From Octopus sinensis (Eukaryota): a stretch of DNA of 64,000 bases. The DNA is taken from contig NC_043011.1 of NCBI RefSeq assembly GCF_006345805.1, positions 2,604,001 through 2,668,000 of the forward strand, written 5' to 3'. This document shows, piece by piece, positions 37,301 through 50,037 of the stretch (position 1 is its first letter; each line of letters begins with the position of its first letter). The notes beneath the pieces were generated by a model. That model was not told the DNA's origin and made no database searches. It saw only the letters and a list, made by a program, of their open reading frames with translations. A program made the position numbers and the translations under genes.

Positions 37301-37462
37301 AGGAGTGGCTGTGTGGTAAGTAGCTTGCTTACCAACCACATGGTTCCAGGTTCACATCCCACTTTGTGGTACCTTGAGCAATTGTCTTCTAATATAGCCT
37401 CAGGCTGATTAAGCCTTGTGAGTGGATTTGGTAGACAGAAAATGAAAGAAGACTGTTGTATG
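37301..37462 (+). mobile_element. SINE family B 5' half
   Basis: aggagtggctgtgtggtaagtagcttgc... Confidence 0.8.
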
Positions 37463-37508
37463 TATATTTACAAAGAATGATGCAAATACACCAATATATA
37501 TGTGTGTG

Positions 37509-37540
<32 letters not shown>

Positions 37541-37974
37541 GACGGGTTATAGACAGGACTGGCCTTAAACCGATTGGACCTATTGCTTCCAGTCGGGCCC
37601 TGCGCTCAAGAGGGCCACATTCTATGTTGTGACATTTTATAAAGATAGTCTCCCTGAAGTCTTTTTAAAAAATCTACAAGGTCTTTCAGAAAAAAAAAAA
37701 GAACAAACACACTTTCTACACTTTAGTGACAGGAGATATCAAAAGATAAACTCATTCATCCAAAACTGCTTGGGTCAGCCGCTGAATTTGAAGAAATTTA
37801 TTGTAGTTTTAGTGTAAGGGTCAATATGTATGTTTGTTTGTGAATGTTTGGGTAAAATATCTGTGTGTCTGTGAAAGTAGGTGAATTGTATATATGTGTG
37901 CGTATATTTGTGTGTGTTCGTTTCAATAAGTATGTTAAATTTTGGGGAAACTTTTTATCAATAAAGTGTATTTC

Positions 37975-38023
<49 letters not shown>

Positions 38024-38210
38024 TATATATCTATCTCTTCTATCTTTTCTCTCGTCACAGAAAATATTTCTCCACCATTCACTATTTTACCCTTGTTCTG
38101 GTCTAATGACCCTCCATGTTTGTTTTCATTTGGTTTACTTGTGTGTCTCCACAAACTTAGACCTGGCAAAGCCCATCCAACTCTAGATTGCATCATATAA
38201 ACTTACTTCA

Positions 38211-38241
<31 letters not shown>

Positions 38242-39006
38242 GAAGAGAGAAAAAGAGAGAGAGAGCATGAAAAAGAACATATAACTCCAGGATAAAAACT
38301 GACACTCATTTTACCGATACCAAAAATAAAGATGACAGACAAAATTTTCACTCTGTTTTATTTCTGGAAGAAATTGGTTGTATTCAGACCTGCCAAGGAA
38401 TGGGTTCTGCTAGATTTATAATGTTTATAGATTTAACATGCTGAATGTTACTATAGTGACCCAACACCTCCATCAGAAATTGTAAGCTCAAGAAAGGAAG
38501 GAAATTGGAAAAAGTCATAAATTTTAGTGATAACGGAGTTATTGATGATGGTGTAGCCATGACTAATAATTAAAATGTAATCACTGATTCTTCAAAACTT
38601 ATCTATTATAATTGATTGTGTTGCTTATACAATTGTTCTAATTAGAAAATTAAATCTATTAATGAAAAGGTTTTCCTTAAAGTGTAAATGTCATAGAGCT
38701 TTTGAAAATATGGAAATCACTTCTGAATTTTACTATGACATTAAACTCCATTAAATTTCTATAGGTATGTGTATATCAACTGACATTTAATTATTTCTTT
38801 GCATATAAAGTCACGTCAGACAGAGGAAATGTGACTAAAATAGAGGAAACGTTAACAGTGATCTCCTACTATTTAGTGGAAGTATTTTTGTTAGCATGAG
38901 TTCTAAACTATCAATAGGGTGCTGCAAACTGGAAAATTCTTGGTTTCATATTCACATTGTTGACTTGCCCATCTCTACTCTTGTTGAATACATTTTTTTT
39001 TATTAT

Positions 39007-39368
39007 TCTCTTTTACTCTTTTACTCTTTTACTTGTTTCAGTCATTTGACTGTGGCCATGCTGGAGCACCACTTTTTTAGTTGAGCAAATCGACCCTGGG
39101 ACTTATTCTTTGTAAGCCTACTACTTATTCTATCAGTCCCTTTTTGCCGAACTGCTAAGTTACGGGGACATAAACACACCAGCATCGGTTGTCAAGCGAT
39201 GTTGGGGGGACAAACACAGACACACAAACACATACACATACACATATATGACGGGCTTCTTTCAGTTTCCATCAACCAAATCCACTCACAAGGCTTTCAG
39301 TGGGACTGAACCCGGAACCACGTTGTTCGTAAGCAAGCTACTTACCACACAGCCACTCCTACACCTAT
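39007..39368 (-). mobile_element. SINE family B with internal deletion of the CORE-like block
   Basis: ccactcacaaggcttt is joined directly to cagtgggactgaacc; the intervening block seen in other copies is missing. Confidence 0.85.
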
Positions 39369-39429
39369 ATATTACTATATATTTTTTAATATTTATTCTT
39401 TGTATTATGAATAAATTAACTATTTTCTA

Positions 39430-39620
39430 TGGTGGCAAGGTAGCAGAATCGTTTGCATGCTGATTAAATGCTTTGCCTAATTTCTTCTGGCGCTTTACAG
39501 TCAGAGTTCAAATACTGCTTAGGTGTTGACTTTACCTTACATCTGTTTGGGGTCAATTAAATAAATACCAGTCAAGCACTGGGGTTGATGTAATCGACTA
39601 GCCTCACCACCCTCAATAGA
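39430..39620 (+). mobile_element. SINE family A, degenerate
   Basis: ggtggcaaggtagcagaatcg...gttgactttaccttacatctgtttggggtc...gcactggggttgatgtaatcgac. Confidence 0.65.
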
Positions 39621-40794
39621 AATAAATAACATGGCAGATTTGGGGGCTGAGAAAATTTTTGTTGTGAATTGACAAACATCTCTAGATGTTTCTTTATTCT
39701 CATGGGTCTTTCTTTTTCTCTCTCTCCTCTCCTCTCTCTCTCTCTCTCTCCTCTCTCTCTCCCTCTCCTCTCTCTCTCTCCCTCTCCTCTCTCTCTCTCT
39801 CTCTCTCTTTCCCTCTCAAGTAGGAAGAAAATTATGCTGCCAAAGTTAGTTGATATGGAATTGGTGGATCGCTAATGATTTCCTTGACTTGGAGTAAGTA
39901 CCAAAGGTTTCTAGAATTAGAATGCTATGTGCAGCAGGAAAACATTGGCTTACAGACAAGGATAAAAATGTGAAATAGGTCAGATGTGCTCAAAATGTCA
40001 ATATTTTGACCAGGAATAGGATTAGGGAACAATCAAATTTGCAAACTATTTTCACCTGAACTTTGGTTCTTTGGGCTGCATATTTTTTAGGTTACCAAAA
40101 GTGTAAGCAGAAAAAAGAAAAGATAAAAGGAGGAAAAATATGGACAAAAAATGCAAAGAGAAAAAGAGGGACTGAAGCTAGAACATAATAAAAAAAACAG
40201 AGGAAAAGAGTATTTGTGTACAATTGTTTAAGCCAGATCAAAAGTGTTTGAGAAGATCTGTGTTTTAAATTATCCTTTCTTTTGATTTTTGAGTATTTAA
40301 GACCACCCCCAACTAATATCTTTATTTAAAGCAAGTCTTACATGATTTGAGGAAGATTTAGTTGCTTGCTCTGCTAGAAATTGCAATTTCAAATCTATAT
40401 TACTATACAACTCAATAATTAATATATAAGTAAAATAACTGCTTTTAAATCCCTGCCTTAAGCATTAATTGAAATATGTATAATGTAATGTGTATATTAT
40501 GGTATGTGTTTAAAATAAGATAGAAAATGGCAAAAATGTTGGAGAAATTCATAGTGCTAGGTCTCACAGGTGCTGAAGATGATGTAGCATCAAGAAAATT
40601 TTCTCTATGCTGGCTTACAAAATCCATGTAAACTCTGCAAGTATGAGAGAAAAAAAATAATGTTAAAGAGTAATTATGAGATAATAATAATTGATAAGAT
40701 GCATCATATCCTTGTATCAGGAAAAAATCTTTGTCAAAATAAATGAACTAAAACCACTAAATATATTCCTTCGTGGAAGTTTTTATTTCTTAGT

Positions 40795-42319
40795 TTAACC
40801 CCTTAATGGAACAATTATTTTGACATGGCGTTTCATTTCAGAGCATATGTTTTAATTTCCTTTTTTAGTTATATACACTGTGTTAATTAGAAAAAAATTT
40901 TTTATCTTGTTTCCTTTATTTTTTATTATAGAAATTAAAATGTACTTTTACTCATTTGGATTTAAACGAGTTAACTTCCATTTTTTTATAAGATGTATTG
41001 CTTTTAAATCAAAGGAATTTTTTTTTAAAATGAGATAGACAGTTTATTTAGAATGATAATTTTTAGAAAAAGAAGTTACACACAAAGTTATCTTGCAGAC
41101 ATCAATCTTTGAATCTTCTTTCTCTGTGCGTCTCTCTTCTCTGCGCATTTTGCACACTGTCTTGTAGGGTTCTTATCACTTGGTGGTATTTCTATGGGAA
41201 AGTGACCAGCTGGGGCAAATCTTGTTGGATGTGGGATCGATGATGGGCTTCATGGTTTCATGGGAGGCAATAAGGGCCTATATTTTTCAATAATCTTGGT
41301 GATTATTTGCATTCTAAATTTCATCGGTTTCATAGCAGAAGCTGAAGTTTCCAAAGATGCTTTATACAAAACATAAGTGTTCCAGATAGCCAAATCCATC
41401 AAATGAAAAAAATACTTTTTTATAATATTTTTTCCCACGTTTCCTTGTGGTGGGATAATTGACGAGATGCTGATCAAATATATCTACTCCTCCCATCATA
41501 GAATTTTTGGTCAATTGTTCACCCCTCTTCTTGTTTGAACTTCTTCTTGGGTTGGATTATGAGCAGTCGAAAGAAACGTGACCTCTTTCTTATCCTTCCA
41601 TCATAGCCTTTCCTCGGTGATAAGCACTAACTTGACCAGTCTTCAACTTACTTGTCTTTTTTCCTTCGGGAACCTCTTTTCTATTTAGTCTCAAAGTTCC
41701 ATAAACATCTATTTTATTTGCAATCAACAGATCAGCCAATTGGGGGCTGCTATAATAGTTGTCAATGGTCAAGCAATGACCTTTATTTAGTAATGGCTTC
41801 ATGAAGGTCATGACAACTTGTGAAGAAATAGGGAGGTCTCGAAATTCAGGATCAAAACAAGTACCTTTGCTGACATAAATTATAAAAGACCATACATAGC
41901 CAATTGCAGATTCACAGAGCATGAAATATCTTATTTCAAACCATGAATGTTTGATTGCATTAAAAACTGAACCCAGGCATTTCTTCCTTTATAAAGCATG
42001 AGAGATTCGTCGATTGTTACATTTTTCCAAGGTTGTAAAAATTTTTAAACTTCTCTTCTAGGGCTTGGTAAATTTCGTAGATCTTGCAAAGTTTTGGGTT
42101 TGGATGAGTTTCTCGATCATATGAATCATTGTTCGTAAAATGCATGTATTCTCGAATCTTCTTGTAACATCGGTATGACATTGTATTTGCAAATATTGGA
42201 GTTTCAAGCAAAGGATCTTTGCCCCAATACATTTCCTTCTCTGGTTTCTTGACAATACCCATCAACATTTTCACACCAAGAAACATCGTCGTTTCAGGTG
42301 GAGTAACAGGCTCCCAATT
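40795..42319 (-). mobile_element. piggyBac transposon remnant (PGBD4-like transposase, fragmented)
   Basis: Minus-strand motifs: LMGIVKKP..YW..PIF..MS..Y..I..MHF; VTIDESL (42000-42020); LCES.IGYVWSF; LTIDNYYSS; MMGGVDIFDQH (41468-41500); FFHLMDLAIWN; Cys-rich start HFPIEIP..NPTRQCAKC. Candidate terminus TTAACCCCTT at 40795. Confidence 0.9.
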
Positions 42320-42359
42320 TGATGCTTCCCAATGATACTTTCCAAAGATACTTCCCAAC

Positions 42360-43697
42360 GATACTTTCAGCAAATAGTAGTAGTGAGACATGGTTATGGC
42401 TGCAGAAGGGAAAGCTGAAGCGGGAGAACGAAAGCTTGTTAGTAGCAGCACAAGATCAAGCATTAAGGATTAATTGGATAAACGCCAAAATAGACAAAAA
42501 CCAAGTAGATTCCCAAACCAAATTAAATGAAGAAAGCGTTACTAAGTGAATGTAGCATGCTGGCACAAAGTATACAAGAAAAGACATGACAATATAGGGA
42601 GAGCAATCCACTGGGAACTTTGTAGAAAGCTAGGATTTGAAATACTGATAAATAGTATGGACATGGACTTTAGTAAAGTACTAGAAAGCAAGAAGTACAC
42701 GATGTTGTGGGACTTTAACATTCAGACTGACAGAGTAACAGAAGCTAGAAGGCCTGATTTAGTAGTAGAAGATAAAAACAATAGAAAGTCCCAAATGATG
42801 AAAAATGAATATGAGAAGTACAAAAAAATAGCAAAGTACCAGGACCTAGCTATTGAATTACAAATACTATGGAAAGTGCAGGTAAAATGTACCCCAGTAG
42901 TTATAGGTACATTGTGTACAATCCCTAAAGATTTGAACAGATGGATAGAAAAAAAAGGCATAAAACCCAGTTTAGTACAGCTGCAGAGAACAGTGTTATT
43001 AGGGACAGCTAGGATACTTTGGAGGGTTCTTGGCATCTAAAGTTACTTGCTGTAATCCGATAGGAGGGTTCTTTGCATCTAAGGCAACTTGTAGCCCAAT
43101 GTTAGGATTCTTTTCTTTTCCAACAGTGTAATCTGTTGAGGGTATATGCATAATAAATACCCTAATGCAGTATCAGGCTGTGGCTCACATGGCTTTTGAT
43201 CTTAACTGATTAGAAGTGTTATCATGTACCTGTTTTGTCTTGGTATAATAGATGGGCTACAGCAAATGTTTTGCTCAATACCACAGTTTTGCTTGTTTGG
43301 CCTTAACCAGTGGCTTGACCTTAACCAGTTGGGCATGTCTCTTAATGGCTGACAATATGTACATCTCTGATCAAGAGCAGAACTAGTGGGGAAGCACCAT
43401 AGCTATGTGTCAAGAGGAATTTCGGGACTTTGAATAGTTCATCTCTCAAAACATGGGTGTTTTGATCATCATCCTTAAACAAACCTTACTCAGGGACCTT
43501 TTGAGTTGGATAGGCTACTCAATCTAAAGAAAATTCTAACAGGACCCCACCTGCAAGGTCATGTGTTCTTTGTCTTGATATGAGATCACCATGTCATGCA
43601 CATATGGTTGTAATGCATGTACCTGGTATGATGGGCTTTGAATATCTGTACCCCAGTATCACTTTGATGGCATGTGCTGCTCTCTCCCTCAATAATG

Positions 43698-43746
<49 letters not shown>

Positions 43747-43750
43747 TAAT
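42360..43750 (+). mobile_element. 5'-truncated R4/Dong-type non-LTR retrotransposon (RLE endonuclease) with long 3' UTR and (AAT)n tail
   Basis: WLWLQKGKLKRENESLLVAAQDQAL; degenerate Zn-knuckle region; YKKRHDNIGRAIHWELC; LWDFNIQTD..EARRPDLVV; KYQDLAIELQ.LW; PVVIGTL; LQRTVLLGTARIL; stop at 43040; (AAT)n at 43691-43750. Assigning 43165-43690 to the UTR is an inference from contiguity. Confidence 0.85.
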
Positions 43751-45788
43751 TATGATTTTAATATAAATTTAATAATAGACAAGCTAAAATTCCTATTTGT
43801 GATCAATATTTTATTGAATTTTGATTCTAATTGTAATTTTAGCTTCCGATAATGCTTATTAACACCCTCCCTCTTATTAATTTCCTTTTATGACAACATG
43901 TCAATCATCTATAATAATAATAAACTAGCATTAAATCATTTGTTAAGATTCTCAATATTTTTCTCTGGTCACTATCGTTCTTATTATGGATTTAATTATG
44001 CTTCTATTAATATCTAGGCTGTTTTACGGGGACATTAAATTGATCCCTGGAAGGGATAAAAGGTAAAGTTGATCTCAACAGGATCTGAGCTTCAGATGTA
44101 AAAACCATAGCTGTAGGCATTTTATTTGATGCTCTATCAATTCAGCCAATCTAGCAATTTAATTTTGTTTTAATAGCATTTGTTGATATTTAAGAAAATG
44201 ATTAAATATTTATTATGTAAAAAAAAAACAACATAATATTGTAATTTTGTGATCTGATTCCAGAAGGCATTTTGAAAAACATTCTTGGAGCTGCTAAATT
44301 GAAAGAAAATAAAACACTCACCAATAACAATTCTCACCATTTTCTCCAAGATGTTTTAACAAAATATAAGTTTATAAAAATGTTTATTGATTTCTCTAGT
44401 TACATTTTTTACTTTGAAGAAGTGAAATATGAATAAGTTAAATATTTGCTGTTTATTTTTCAGTAACCGTAAACTGAATGCTGAATCCCACGATGACATC
44501 TCTTAGACAATGTTATGTAAGCCAATGAGATTTTGCTTGATAAGTTATATTGCCACAGTTACTTGAGTAATCTTATATGATGATGCTAATATTAATTTGA
44601 CAGTAATATTTATCAAACAAAAAAATGTTTAATAATAAAATATATCAGAAAATTTCAAAAATAAAAGCAGCATTTCTAAAAACTGTGGACATTTTTCAGT
44701 ATGACTGCATCCTCAGTTACAAAAGTAGGTTTTCAAAATAATATGCAAGAAAAATTTAATTTTTTATATTTTATTATCTGAATAAGAAGTAAGCTGAAAT
44801 ATGAAGAAAGTTTATATATCACATGATGTGTTGCTCAAGTATAAAGTGAAGAGGAAATATTGAAGTGAATTTTTTATCTGCTTATGACAAGTTATATTGC
44901 AGAAATCTTAAAAATTGTATTTATATTTGACATTTCACATTTAAAATACCTGCTTTATATTCTAGCATTTCTTTAAATTCCATATAAAACCTGACAGTCT
45001 TAAATAACTTGTAATCATTGAAAGTTATGCTATTGAAATGTATCACTGAAGTAAACATACACAAATAGTTGTTTGATGCCAGTATTATAGATTTCATAAA
45101 ACGTAGTAAATTTGGCTGGTATTTCGGTCAGTTTTTAAAGTTGAACAAAAAGTGAAGATAATATATTAGAGACATAGAGATGAAATATTAAACTTAAAAT
45201 TTTATATGTGGAAAGGGTAAAGATGAAATATTTTCTGGTCATTGAAAATCTTCAAAATATTTCTAGTCAGCTTATGTACAATAACTAAAATCAGGTACAT
45301 TATCTAAAATCGATTTGAGTAACAAATAATATCGAGTCAAGAAAGAAAAAAAAAAAGAAAACAGAATAGAAATAATTTAAATACTGAACAAAGAGGAAGG
45401 AGAAAAAGTGATGATAAAATACAAGAAATATTGAAAAATAACTGAATATACTGTGAAATAGGAAACATTATGCAAAGTGGTAATTGAAGATGTTAGATTT
45501 GAAGATTTTAGACGATAGAAAACCCACGTAAACAACAGCAAAATAAATCCACATTCTCTAATTTCCTTACGACTTATATAAAGAAAATTTGGTAATTCAC
45601 TGAAGATTAAACTTGTAGTTTAACCCAGGAGTTAGAGCAAATAATTAAAACTTGGCAGGATTAGAGTTGATCAGTACCTCTTAGTAAATCAAATTTCTAT
45701 TGTAAACCTAATGAATCACCATCCTTTAATATATATTTTACTATTTTCTATATATTCAACCACGTGCTTTCACAAACCAACTTTCTTA

Positions 45789-45841
<53 letters not shown>

Positions 45842-45845
<4 letters not shown>

Positions 45846-46040
45846 TGTTGGATCGCTAGCCCCTACACGCAAGATTTTTCTCTCCTTGTTTCTTTTCTGT
45901 GTAACATTCTGTCGAAGAGCGTAGGCTCGAAACGTAAAAGACTTGTTTTATTTCTATTCCTGAGCGCCATACTAATACATTATTTGTTTGTACTCCACCT
46001 GCCTTCGTCTTTTGTTTATTTTCGTAAACCTTCCCGTTAT
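45842..46040 (+). mobile_element. ~200-bp (TA)n-embedded element carrying a hammerhead-like motif (putative Penelope pLTR derivative)
   Basis: Bounded by TA tracts at 45790-45842 and 46040-46057; contains cattctgtcgaagagcgtaggctcgaaacgtaaaag. Confidence 0.5.
45905..45940 (+). ncRNA. Minimal type I hammerhead-ribozyme-like motif (variant core)
   Basis: CAUU / CUGUCGA / A / GAGC-guag-GCUC / GAAAC / GUA / AAAG; palindromic ACGU stem III; A6 is replaced by U and there is one extra A before stem II. Confidence 0.4.
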
Positions 46041-46254
46041 ATATATATATATATATAACAATTGTTTTTGTTCCTATAGTTAATATTTATTTTTCCCCAC
46101 AAGAGACTGCTGGCCCAGGATGTAAATAATGCTGAAACATTCTTTTTGTTGCTGCTGATCCATTTTCAATTTACTTGCTAATTATAGTAATCTAAAGAGG
46201 TAAAGACTAATTCTTATCTAGAAAGCCTATACTCAAGGGTGTTCCAACCATTTA

Positions 46255-46546
46255 AGAAATAAAGCCGTTGCCAGCCCCGTCTGGCCCCTGTGCCGGTGGC
46301 ACGTAAAAAGCACCATCCAGTCGTGGCCGTTTGCCAGCCTCGCCTGGCACCTGTGCAGGTGACACGTAAAAAGCACCCACTACACTCATGGAGTGGTTGG
46401 CGTTAGGAAGGGCATCCAGCTGTAGAAGCACGGCCAGATCAGACTGGGCCTGGCGCAGCCTTCTGGCTTCCCAGACCCCAGTTGAACCGTCCAACCCATG
46501 CTAGCATGGAAAACGGACGTTAAACGATGATGATGATGATGATGAC
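46255..46546 (+). mobile_element. SINE family C, young copy, (GAT)n tail
   Basis: ...gagtggttggcgttaggaagggcatccagctgtagaa...ccaacccatgctagcatggaaaacggacgttaaacgatgatgatg; CpGs retained. Confidence 0.85.
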
Positions 46547-47213
46547 TGTATTATCAAAAGGTCCTTTCTTCTTTAAGTTAATGAAGTACAGTTTAAGGGA
46601 CATTTGACTGCAATTTTTATGAAATTATGTGACCTCATAGAGATTTATTTATTGGCTTAATTTGTATTCATCTTAATGTCTGTAAGTAGCAGTTAAAGCA
46701 TAAGCAAGCTCTTGTGAGTAATATACAATGGCTAATGAAATACAATGTATTTCAATACACCATAGCACAATATAATAAAGTTGAATATTATCAGATAAAA
46801 TAAATGATTATTTGCTAACAAGTTGTTTCAAAAAGAGCACAAACATTGACTATAAAATAACATATGTAAGCAGCAAACACAGAATGGGTAGGTTTATGAG
46901 GTTTTATTCATTAATTAGCTTCATTGGTTATAGGTTTCCATTGGGTCAATGGGCAATTACGGAATTATTGCATTTCTGACGATAATAGTACAAGACAATA
47001 TTTAATAAGTGCAGAACAATTATTGCAAAAAAAAAACTTTATCTAAAAAGCACTGTTATTTTTCTGCAAATTTTTACATCATGCACCAATGATCAGCAAA
47101 GGCATGCATACACACCACACACTCACACAGACACACACACTCACACACAGACACACACGCACTCACACATACACACACGCACACATTTGCACAGATATAT
47201 GTGTATATATATA

Positions 47214-47257
<44 letters not shown>

Positions 47258-47259
<2 letters not shown>

Positions 47260-47610
47260 TATCATGATCGTTTAATGTTTATTTTGCATGCCGGTATGGT
47301 TTGCACTGTTGGACATGAGCTGGCGAATGAAAAGACTGCACTGAGCTCTATTATATGCTTTGGCATGGTTTCTATGGCTAGATGCCCTTCCTAATGCTAA
47401 CTATTTTACAGAGTTTACTGGGGGATTTTTACATGGCACCAGCACCAGTGGGGTCACCAAGTAATTTGCAAGACAAAGACCTCTCAACTGCGATGGGGTG
47501 TAGTACTGAGGAAGGTGGCTTTGCACCAGTTGATGAGAGTTTAAAAAGTGTAATAGAAGGATAGAAATAGGTGTCTTGCTGTAGAGGAGGTACAAGGCAA
47601 CCATAGTTGG
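47258..47610 (-). mobile_element. SINE family C-related, degenerate
   Basis: catgatcgtttaatgttt...gctagatgcccttcctaatgctaac... Confidence 0.65.
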
Positions 47611-48319
47611 AAAGGAGAGAAAAATAAAGAAACAAAGAGAGCAAGTGGGAGAGTGAGAGTTAGAGAAGTGGTGGTGGTGGTGGTGGTGGAGGAGATGTTT
47701 CAGGATATACCCTCAAGGTACAGTGAGGGATGAAATTAAGTGGTGTAGAGGATTGGACTGGGTGAGTGGGAATTGGGGATAGAGGGATAAGTTTGACAAG
47801 AGTGTAAGTGGAGATGGTTAGAAATAGGGTGGTTGTTGCAAGTGATGGTGTGAGATAGTGAGGGCATTGTGAGTAAGATCAGATTAGAGAGCTATTAAGG
47901 GTGGAATGTAGAATAGGGGTAAGAGCAATGTTTGAAGGTACAGAAAGGATGTAATTAATGAAAATAGGGATCAGGGAAGATAATGAGAAATGGAAGTAGT
48001 TCCAGGTGGTGTGGATGAAGGTAACCAGAAGGGAGGGGATGTAGTATGTACTTATTCTGCTCTCTGAAAATGAGAAATGGGAGTGGTTTTGAGAGTGGGA
48101 GAAAGTAACTAAAAAGGAAGGAATATATCATGTGCATGTTCTGCTCCCAGGTGATAACAGCAGCCAAGTAGTACCATAGATATAAAAGTGATGAGTGTTA
48201 GTGGATGAGATGTGAGGTAAATACTTGACTGGGCCCACAGAATGGAAGTGGGAACAGAGTCCTGCACACTATTGAGGTAGTTTTAGGATATCATTTCTGA
48301 TGTGAGTGAGCAGGTCTTC

Positions 48320-48551
48320 GTAAACACAACAAAAATGACAATCATCTCAGTCCTTTGTCATCTTCTTCACAAAGCTCAGCATCTTTAGACTGACCTTTAA
48401 TACTTCATCCTATGTCTTTTTGAGTCTTCCTTTTTCCATCAGTACCATCAACTTTAAGTGATCGGCACTTCTTTATGCAACTGACGTCATCCATCCCTAT
48501 CACATGACTAAACCAGTGCAGTTTTCCCTCTTGCACACTACATGTAATTCC
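48320..48551 (-). mobile_element. RTE-clade LINE 3' ORF fragment
   Basis: Minus strand: GITCSVQEGKLHWFSHVIGMDDVSCIKKCRSLKVDG..., frameshift, T*DEVLKVSLKML..MTKD, resembling the RTE LRWFGHVxRM...GRPRKTW region. Confidence 0.7.
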
Positions 48552-48569
48552 TTTTATGACTAACTTCAT

Positions 48570-48837
48570 AATTATAATTAAATTAATTGCATATTGCTAT
48601 TCTCATCAGTGCAAAAAAGACAATACATCAAAAAGAATACATCAGAAGAATGTTATACTGTTATAGAAAATATTTTCAGATATACATAAAGTAGCTTGCT
48701 AACCAACCACATGGTTCCGGGTTCAGTCCCACTGCATGGCATCTTGGGCAAGTGTCTTCTGCTATAGCCCCGGGCCGACCAATGCCTTGTGAGTGGATTT
48801 GGTAGACGGAAACTGAAAGAAGCCTGTCGTATATATG

Positions 48838-48870
<33 letters not shown>

Positions 48871-49377
48871 GTTTGTGTGCTTGTGTTTGTCCCCCTAGCA
48901 TTGCTTGACAACCGATGCTGGTGTGTTTACGTCCCCGTCACTTAGCGGTTCGGCAAAAGAGACCGATAGAATAAGTACTGGGCTTACAAAGAATAAGTCC
49001 CGGGTCGATTTTCTCGATTAAAGGTGGTGCTCCAGCATGGCCACAGTCAAAATGACTGAAACAAGTAAAAAGAGAAAAAGAGAGAGTAAAAAGAGAATAT
49101 CATTATGAAAGACAACAATATGCTAAGATAGTGTTGAGTCTAGTTGTGTATGAACTATAGCTATAAGTGTTTGCCGCATCAGTTGTAATTCATACACACT
49201 CAACACTATCTTATCATGTTATTATCTTTCATAAAGATATTATGTATATAATGTTACGTGACACCCACTCAATCCAGTCTTCCATAACAGTATAACATTT
49301 TTCTGATGTATTCTTTTTGATGTATTCTTTTTTTGCACTGATGAGAACAGCAATATGTAATTAATTTAATTATAATT
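48570..49377. repeat. Long degenerate palindrome split by a SINE B insertion
   Basis: 48570-48670 pairs with 49283-49377; inner hairpin agatagtgttgagt...tgtgtatgaa / ttcatacaca ctcaacactatct centred near 49170. Confidence 0.8.
48689..49095 (+). mobile_element. SINE family B, lacking the first few bases
   Basis: Close match to 24579 and 55387. Confidence 0.9.
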
Positions 49378-49682
49378 AAATTAAATTTTACCATGTTATT
49401 TACGTGTTAATATTACCATTTGAAACGAGCATATGCATGGATTAAATTTTTTAAAACTTATGACACCTTCTCTTCTCCATCTTTAATTGTTTGTTGAGTT
49501 TCTATGTAATGTGTGTTCTAAAAATGCTCTTAACACATTTTATACTTGTAACATTTTCATATTCGAAAAATTCTTACTACTGTAAGCTACCAATGCAATA
49601 TGAAGAATCTTTATTAGAAATTGACCTTTGGAACCTCGCAAAGTAAAGAATGATATAGAACTCAACCTTTTCTCACATATAT

Positions 49683-49738
<56 letters not shown>

Positions 49739-49777
49739 CATATGTACAGAGTATCAGGTGTGATGTATAGAATCAAA

Positions 49778-49975
49778 TATTGAGGGAAAAAAGTCGTCAG
49801 AATTTTGGAAAAAAACCTTTTTATTTCTTCATTATTAATAGTGCTTTCCTTCCTCTCTAGAACTTGTCAAAGGCAAATTGTATTCGACAAGTTCGAGAGA
49901 GGAATGAAAGCGCTAATAATAATGAAGAAATAAAGGGATCTTTTTCCAAAATTCTGATGACTTTCTTTCTCAATA
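49778..49975. repeat. Imperfect palindrome, ~91-bp arms, 17-nt loop
   Basis: tattgagggaaaaaagtcgtcagaattttgg...gaacttgtc / gacaagttc...ccaaaattctgatgactttctttctcaata. Confidence 0.85.
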
Positions 49976-50037
49976 TGTATATATAAATATAAATATGTAT
50001 ATATATATAATATATATATCTAAATATATATATATAT

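Noticed and set aside
37553-37620. hAT-like termini (caggactggcctta...; also ~20445-20518)
   Set aside because: Isolated single ends with no partner TIR or TSD found.
47610-48300. Fourth Penelope-like remnant (purine-rich, minus strand)
   Set aside because: Only faint resemblance to a YIG..EH region; too decayed to support.
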